A stretch of 64,000 nucleotides of DNA, taken from the IMG/VR virus record IMGVR_UViG_3300028832_000097, positions 32,001 through 96,000 of that record. One strand, 5' to 3'. Made by a program: the position numbers and the translations under genes. The notes under the pieces were generated by a model, which worked only from the letters and a program-made list of their open reading frames with translations, searched no databases and had not been told where the DNA came from. Position 1 is the first letter of the stretch; every line of letters starts with the position of its first letter. Positions 58,822 to 64,000 of the stretch are shown here, one piece after another. The DNA comes from a virus (Duplodnaviria; Caudoviricetes).

Positions 58822-58960
58822 GTCACCTCTAATCGTTATACTCTAATATAAGGTTATAATAATTTAGAGATTATTAAAGTTTACTTTATGATTTATATAA
58901 TATATAATATAATTTAATATAAGCTAATTAATATTTGTTTACACAACAATACATTAACGA

Positions 58961-59359
58961 TCATGTGTCGTTTAATTCTACAGATAGATCATCCCCAAAT
59001 ACAGTTCTAAGTCCTACAGTCATCTTGAAGTGATTTGGATGTTCATAAGTGTCACCATCTCCTGTGAATATCAAACCATCAGCAAATGTTGTATCATCGG
59101 CAACTACGCAAGGTTCAAACAATCGAAGTTCTTCGCGTATATTATCTTGCATACGTGCCTTAGTATTCTCATTGTTATATTGAAACATGTACTTTTTGAG
59201 ACCTACACCAAATGTTGGATTATTATATAATTCTGTAGGATCAGAGAGCATGAGCAATCGAGAACGATTCACAATCGACTTATCATCTTCTACAATACTT
59301 ACACAGTTTCGTGTAGGATCAATCAAATTTGGAAAACTCCATGAATTAGTTCTGGACAT
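58961..59359 (-). CDS. Baseplate gp25-like protein
   Basis: L.S...E...NPTFG.GL...F...I...FEP. Confidence 0.75.
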   Translation of the reverse strand: MSRTNSWSFPNLIDPTRNCVSIVEDDKSIVNRSRLLMLSDPTELYNNPTFGVGLKKYMFQYNNENTKARMQDNIREELRLFEPCVVADDTTFADGLIFTGDGDTYEHPNHFKMTVGLRTVFGDDLSVELNDT

Positions 59360-59360
59360 A

Positions 59361-59660
59361 TCAACCTCCTATGTTGGTAGCACCTGTATAGTATGAACCA
59401 CCGGTTAGACCTATTATTATGAAATCTGTACTCTTTTCATTTGTAGTCATCAATGCAACTACTTCACCTTCTACTGGAGTATGTGGCAATATTACAGAAG
59501 GGAAGAAAGGCAGATCGGCATCTTGAACATAGCCACGAGGGAGTTTACCTCGATAATCATCTTGTCTGAATGGGCCATGAATAGCAGGTATTCGGGTCTG
59601 TACTAAAAATGTACCATCTCCGGTATATCGATAATCTTTTACATATCCATATGTTAACAT
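59361..59660 (-). CDS. Baseplate spike OB-fold (gp5/gpV N-terminal-like) protein
   Basis: VQTRIP.IHG...P..GEVV. Confidence 0.55.
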   Translation of the reverse strand: MLTYGYVKDYRYTGDGTFLVQTRIPAIHGPFRQDDYRGKLPRGYVQDADLPFFPSVILPHTPVEGEVVALMTTNEKSTDFIIIGLTGGSYYTGATNIGG

Positions 59661-59669
59661 GTTATCTCC

Positions 59670-61412
59670 TTAAGTGAAATATGTTCCCCAATTTATTACG
59701 TAATCAATTTTCTTGCCTTTTAACCCTGTGAGGTCTAATTTTCTGTTGTTTGTTTGCACTCCGTCAAAATCAGGGCTCCACTTGTTCCATTCAACCATAT
59801 TAACATATGGTTTCTTAGGATGGTAATGTCCCCACTTATTTGTAGAAGATCCATTACCTTTACCTTTTGAATCTGCAAGAATTGCATTGAACGATGTCCC
59901 GTCTTTCAGAACAACTGTCACGATTTCTCCAATATTAGCAAAGGTTGTGGTCATAGCAATTAGATAGTATCCCTTTATTTTGGCTATGTTGCGTTCTCCT
60001 TGTTTGCCAAGTTTGACCCACTCTTCTGCTACTTTCCTGCCAGCAAATCCTTTATTCTGTCGCATCATTACACTGCCTACCCAACCATAACTTTCATATG
60101 TTTCATCAATTCCATAATCATATGCATCATCTGGAACTACTACCTTTTTCTTAGCAGAAGTTAATACCTTGCCGGATTGTGTAACAATCGACATATTGCT
60201 AGAAGTAGACGAATAACTACCAGATGCTATAGGTATAATAACGATTTGAGGCCACATATCACGTATATTTATGGATCTTATTTTCATTGCATCTTCAAGC
60301 CCATTGAGTTGCTCGTAGTTTTTGAAGAATAATTCTGCACTAGCAATTGCGCCTTGAATAGATATATCTGTTACAAGATACAGTGAATCAATTAAATTTT
60401 TGTGTTTAGAACACATATCCTCCCATAAGAAATCACATTGTCCTGTGAGATTAGTAGGCCAATTAGGTACTTTGTCTAATAGACGTTTACGACGTTCTCC
60501 TGACCACTGAAGAATTCCTAATTCAGATCCGCTGTTACTTGCTTTATTTGTAGTAAAGCTACTGCGAGCTTGAATACATCCTAATATACCTACTACATTA
60601 GCAATATTAAGTCCTTTGTCTAACAGATACTTTGCAATTACACGTGCATTCTGGTCACGTATATTAGATACATCTATTTTATATTGAGTTGTTAGACCCT
60701 TACTTCCAAAATAATTAAATAGCGATGCAAGCCCCACTGTATAGTTTATAGCAGATACCGCAATATCTGTTGAAGATAAAGTTACAGAACCTTTACCGGA
60801 AATGTAACCGACCTCTCGCATATCTGCATCTTCTGCAGTGTTATATGTGTTATACAGTGGCTCAAATGTACCTCCTCCAGAAGCAGCTGAACCGTCATCG
60901 GGTATGCCTATTAAAGTCCAATTTGGATGATAATATCCGTTCACAGAAGTAGTTGAAGGTTTTAACGTACGGCTACCGCAAGCATTGCTCTTATTACCTT
61001 CAATGGTAGTTATAGTATCTCCTGAAACATATGCAACTATGCCTATATGGTCGCTGAAGTATTCGTAATTGTATTTACTAGCACCGGAAGTTCCTCGGGC
61101 CTTCCATCTAAAAGAGATTAAATCTCCAGGAGCAGGAGTATAGGATACACCGTGCCAACCTGCCCTATGCCATGTTCCTAGTTTCTTTTCGGTACCATAT
61201 TTGAACCAGCTACCTGCACCACCCCAAGAGTTAGCACCCATAACTTTACCATACAGCCCGCCTACTGACTTACAACATGCATATACAAAAGCTGCACACC
61301 ATGCCGAAGTATCTGCAGGATATCCTGTCATTTTCTTGACCCAGTTTCGAGCAGCAGAACTTTCGCCCTTATGACTCAATGCTGTATTGATAAAATCATC
61401 GCGTTTAGACAT
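59670..61412 (-). CDS. Tail-associated peptidoglycan hydrolase: CHAP + phage-lysozyme2-like + C-terminal domain
   Basis: WCAAFV, HIGIV and TIEGN (CHAP); GILG....S..GILQW...R (lysozyme-like). Confidence 0.8.
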   Translation of the reverse strand: MSKRDDFINTALSHKGESSAARNWVKKMTGYPADTSAWCAAFVYACCKSVGGLYGKVMGANSWGGAGSWFKYGTEKKLGTWHRAGWHGVSYTPAPGDLISFRWKARGTSGASKYNYEYFSDHIGIVAYVSGDTITTIEGNKSNACGSRTLKPSTTSVNGYYHPNWTLIGIPDDGSAASGGGTFEPLYNTYNTAEDADMREVGYISGKGSVTLSSTDIAVSAINYTVGLASLFNYFGSKGLTTQYKIDVSNIRDQNARVIAKYLLDKGLNIANVVGILGCIQARSSFTTNKASNSGSELGILQWSGERRKRLLDKVPNWPTNLTGQCDFLWEDMCSKHKNLIDSLYLVTDISIQGAIASAELFFKNYEQLNGLEDAMKIRSINIRDMWPQIVIIPIASGSYSSTSSNMSIVTQSGKVLTSAKKKVVVPDDAYDYGIDETYESYGWVGSVMMRQNKGFAGRKVAEEWVKLGKQGERNIAKIKGYYLIAMTTTFANIGEIVTVVLKDGTSFNAILADSKGKGNGSSTNKWGHYHPKKPYVNMVEWNKWSPDFDGVQTNNRKLDLTGLKGKKIDYVINWGTYFT

Positions 61413-61983
61413 ATTTTTCCTCTATATCAAAGAATGCTGGGTCTAACAATCTTTCTAGGTCAGATAATTTAGTTACATGCTTTATTGTCCAAAGCAACCA
61501 ATCTTTTTGATGAGCTGACCAGGTTATGTTACTTAGAAACGATTCTTTACATTGAATACCTATTTTACCTTTGAGACCTAATCTTGTAAGTTCAGTTTTA
61601 TATGTGTTTAAAATATTATCATTATTTTGTATGCTTCCACCATTTATTTGCATAACTATCCAAACACCTAACGTAGGAGAGTATTTTCGTATCAAGAAAG
61701 ATAATTGATATATTTCATCTTGTGCTTCTTTAGTTGTTTTTGCACGCCCATACATCAGCCAACCTATAGGTAACTTATTAGTAAGTGCCTCATCTACTTG
61801 TTTATATGCAAGAGGATTTCTAAAAATTGTAACACGTTTATGTGGTAACTCAAATAAATATCCGCCTTCAACAACAACTCCGGATACTCCAGATTTTTTC
61901 ATTGCAACATAATCTACTTTAGAATGAGTATCTCGAGTTAATGTTATAACATAGGGTTTAAGCTTTGTATAATCAATTGCCAT
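61405..61983 (-). CDS. GH25-like protein, catalytically degenerate
   Basis: VDY..MK.SGV..V, LPIG..Y and A..E features; DxE position reads VMQ. Confidence 0.5.
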   Translation of the reverse strand: MAIDYTKLKPYVITLTRDTHSKVDYVAMKKSGVSGVVVEGGYLFELPHKRVTIFRNPLAYKQVDEALTNKLPIGWLMYGRAKTTKEAQDEIYQLSFLIRKYSPTLGVWIVMQINGGSIQNNDNILNTYKTELTRLGLKGKIGIQCKESFLSNITWSAHQKDWLLWTIKHVTKLSDLERLLDPAFFDIEEKYV

Positions 61984-62473
61984 CGTCTACCTCATCAAAC
62001 GTTACATTCTGAAGTAAACTCTGTGTCATTGAAACTTCTGAACCATAATCTAGCCAAGATTCATATCCATTCAATAGTAAATCAATAGGATCATGTTTAT
62101 AAAATGTTTGCCCTGTTAGCATAACTTTAAACCTGTTAGGGTCTTCTGTAGATAAATACTCAACATGCACAAATTCATCAGGGACTCCGACTTCATGATA
62201 CGAATCAACCAGCTCACCGGACTTTACAACAAGCGACTTCATATTTTGAAATGCAACCGCATGTGTTTGATTATACTGAATAATGACTGTATAGTGTTTC
62301 TGCATATCTTTGCCAATGTATACAACAGTTCCAGGAAATGGACTATAAACTTTATCACAAAGAATATCTACACCCGTATGCCATCCGACTGTACCTTTAT
62401 GATACGGAAGTTTTTCAGAAATATTAAAATACTTTAATATTTTTACATTGCCTTGTGTCACAGTTGTTTCCAT
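61973..62473 (-). CDS. M23 peptidase-like protein
   Basis: HTGVD, VYSP..GTV, V..G..V; HxH reads FVH. Confidence 0.6.
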   Translation of the reverse strand: METTVTQGNVKILKYFNISEKLPYHKGTVGWHTGVDILCDKVYSPFPGTVVYIGKDMQKHYTVIIQYNQTHAVAFQNMKSLVVKSGELVDSYHEVGVPDEFVHVEYLSTEDPNRFKVMLTGQTFYKHDPIDLLLNGYESWLDYGSEVSMTQSLLQNVTFDEVDDGN

Positions 62474-62474
62474 G

Positions 62475-63929
62475 TTACACTCCTATTGATATCATATCAG
62501 TGAAATTAGGATACAACGCCCCAAAATCTACTTTGTATGGTGTTTTAATATTAGATGTAACTGTGTATGCACTACTAGGATATCTGTTAGTTCCTTGGAT
62601 GTATATACCTTGCCCTGCAGCTACCTGATTTGCAGAACTTATTGTTAATCTCTGAACCTTCAAAGTAGTTATGAATGAAGAAGATATTGTATGAGATACA
62701 GACATTATGCTGTAAACTCCGGATACAGGTGAAACGGTATTACCGGTCATAACTAATAACGATATTGGTTGTGCTACGGAATACATTTTTAAACTACCAG
62801 GAATCTGTATTGTAAAATCTCCGCTAAATTGCGTTGCAATCGCACTAACATCATTTATGATGTTTGCAGTTTGGAATACATCGGCTAACCTAGAACTCCA
62901 ACTATTTACTACAGAAGCATCCTGTACAACTGTATTACCACTACAATCTACAGAAAATCCTACTTCCTGGAATCGCATGTCCGTCATGTTATATGCTACA
63001 CCATTGTAAGAACCATTTAAAGAAAGTATATTGGTATTAGAAGTACCATACTGTAGAACATCTGATAACTGAGAAGTTGCTAGTCCTGCTTGGCTTTTGT
63101 AATGTATTACACCTGGTTTAGTCATGGTGGGTTCGTCTACCCAATACACAAATGAAGCACATTGAGGGGTAGTATCTGTATTAGATTTCTTCAAGTAGTT
63201 CTGTAGCGGAGTTACAGACAAATTATTTATCAGTGTATTCAGTTTCTTCGCGCCTAATATACCTGCAGCATCTCTAGAACTGCTGTACGATTTAGATAAC
63301 TTAAGCAGTCCTGGAAATGTATCATAATCATCTTGACCAGAAAATGTACCTCTAACATATTGATTGAAGCTAGTGTTAAGTGCACCATGATAGACCATTG
63401 TAGGTGCGTCATTGTGGTCAATATCTAATTCATAATAATTAGTAGCTTTCACCGCTTTTGCTAATGCTTCTACAATAGCAGAGGGTTGCACAACTCCGCT
63501 AACTTCTGGAATTCGTAATACAGGCATACTGGTTTGTATAGCGAGTGTTGCAAATCCGGTTATGTTATACGTCATGTATAATCCGGATGTACTTACAGAA
63601 AATTTAAGTGTGAATCCTTGATAAGAAAGATAAGTACTTACATTCCCGTGAGAATCTAACCACCCAAATGCAAAAGAAACTGGTATTCCACTAGCGTCAG
63701 GATATGCACTAGCGGCTTGCGCTGCAGAATACAATAATGCTTCAAATGCAGCTACATTGATCTTTCTAGACGCATCACCACCTACAGTGCAACGAAGTGT
63801 CCAGGAGGTGCAACTAGTAATTTCACTATTAGACAATTCTAGAGAAACAAACGGCGAAGGTACTTTAAGACCAAACTCACTTAAGTTGACTCCAGCTAAT
63901 ACAAAACTGCACCATGGTTGTTTCTTCAT
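62475..63929 (-). CDS. Baseplate hub-like tail protein
   Basis: Position; C-terminal SGVY.I.SVSH.I...F.T.L pattern of hub proteins. Confidence 0.55.
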   Translation of the reverse strand: MKKQPWCSFVLAGVNLSEFGLKVPSPFVSLELSNSEITSCTSWTLRCTVGGDASRKINVAAFEALLYSAAQAASAYPDASGIPVSFAFGWLDSHGNVSTYLSYQGFTLKFSVSTSGLYMTYNITGFATLAIQTSMPVLRIPEVSGVVQPSAIVEALAKAVKATNYYELDIDHNDAPTMVYHGALNTSFNQYVRGTFSGQDDYDTFPGLLKLSKSYSSSRDAAGILGAKKLNTLINNLSVTPLQNYLKKSNTDTTPQCASFVYWVDEPTMTKPGVIHYKSQAGLATSQLSDVLQYGTSNTNILSLNGSYNGVAYNMTDMRFQEVGFSVDCSGNTVVQDASVVNSWSSRLADVFQTANIINDVSAIATQFSGDFTIQIPGSLKMYSVAQPISLLVMTGNTVSPVSGVYSIMSVSHTISSSFITTLKVQRLTISSANQVAAGQGIYIQGTNRYPSSAYTVTSNIKTPYKVDFGALYPNFTDMISIGV

Positions 63930-64000
63930 TATTATTCACTTCCTAAATTTAAAGTAGTAGGATTTACAGATTGTAGTATTTCACCCTTGTTAAACAGGAC

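Larger units (their letters stand above)
56850..58930 (-). mobile_element. IS607-family element (ends approximate)
   Basis: Complete tnpA overlapping tnpB; AT-rich ends. Confidence 0.8.

Noticed and set aside
633-63957. Plus-strand ORFs in the ORF track
   Set aside because: Nearly all are antisense shadows of well-supported minus-strand genes and have no recognisable motifs.
1-64000. Stop-codon recoding
   Set aside because: Long core genes are intact in the standard code, and TAA, TAG and TGA all act as stops; the single in-frame TGA at 8459 is better read as a nonsense mutation.

Overview
64 kb of a large, AT-rich, myovirus-type (T4-like head and baseplate) bacteriophage genome, most likely infecting a Gram-positive Firmicute (GGAGG ribosome-binding sites, SleB/CHAP/GH25/M23 wall hydrolases, RecU). 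Essentially all genes are on the minus strand. Core genes: terminase, gp23-like major capsid protein, gp21-like prohead protease/scaffold, neck, baseplate and tail-tip genes, holin, SbcC-like ATPase, UvrD helicase, intein-containing HARP/SNF2 helicase, gp32-like SSB and RecU. There are also two IS607-type elements (tnpA+tnpB) and a Zn-finger/nuclease/methyltransferase fusion. The main observation is that more than 20 otherwise unrelated accessory proteins share short basic N-terminal leaders (class A MKRYI[RK][ASC]; class B MKx[FY]TxxP...[IV]x[AC]S). The leaders are conserved at the protein level, not the DNA level, and end in an [IV]-x-[A/S/C]-[S/A] motif that also recurs in the capsid N-terminal extension and the protease scaffold. 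This suggests a capsid-targeting and protease-maturation system that loads a diverse protein cargo into the virion (inference, untested). Two upstream motifs (AACCTT and ATCGTTA on the coding strand) largely separate structural/cargo genes from DNA-metabolism genes. All family assignments were made by eye from motifs; no database search was run.
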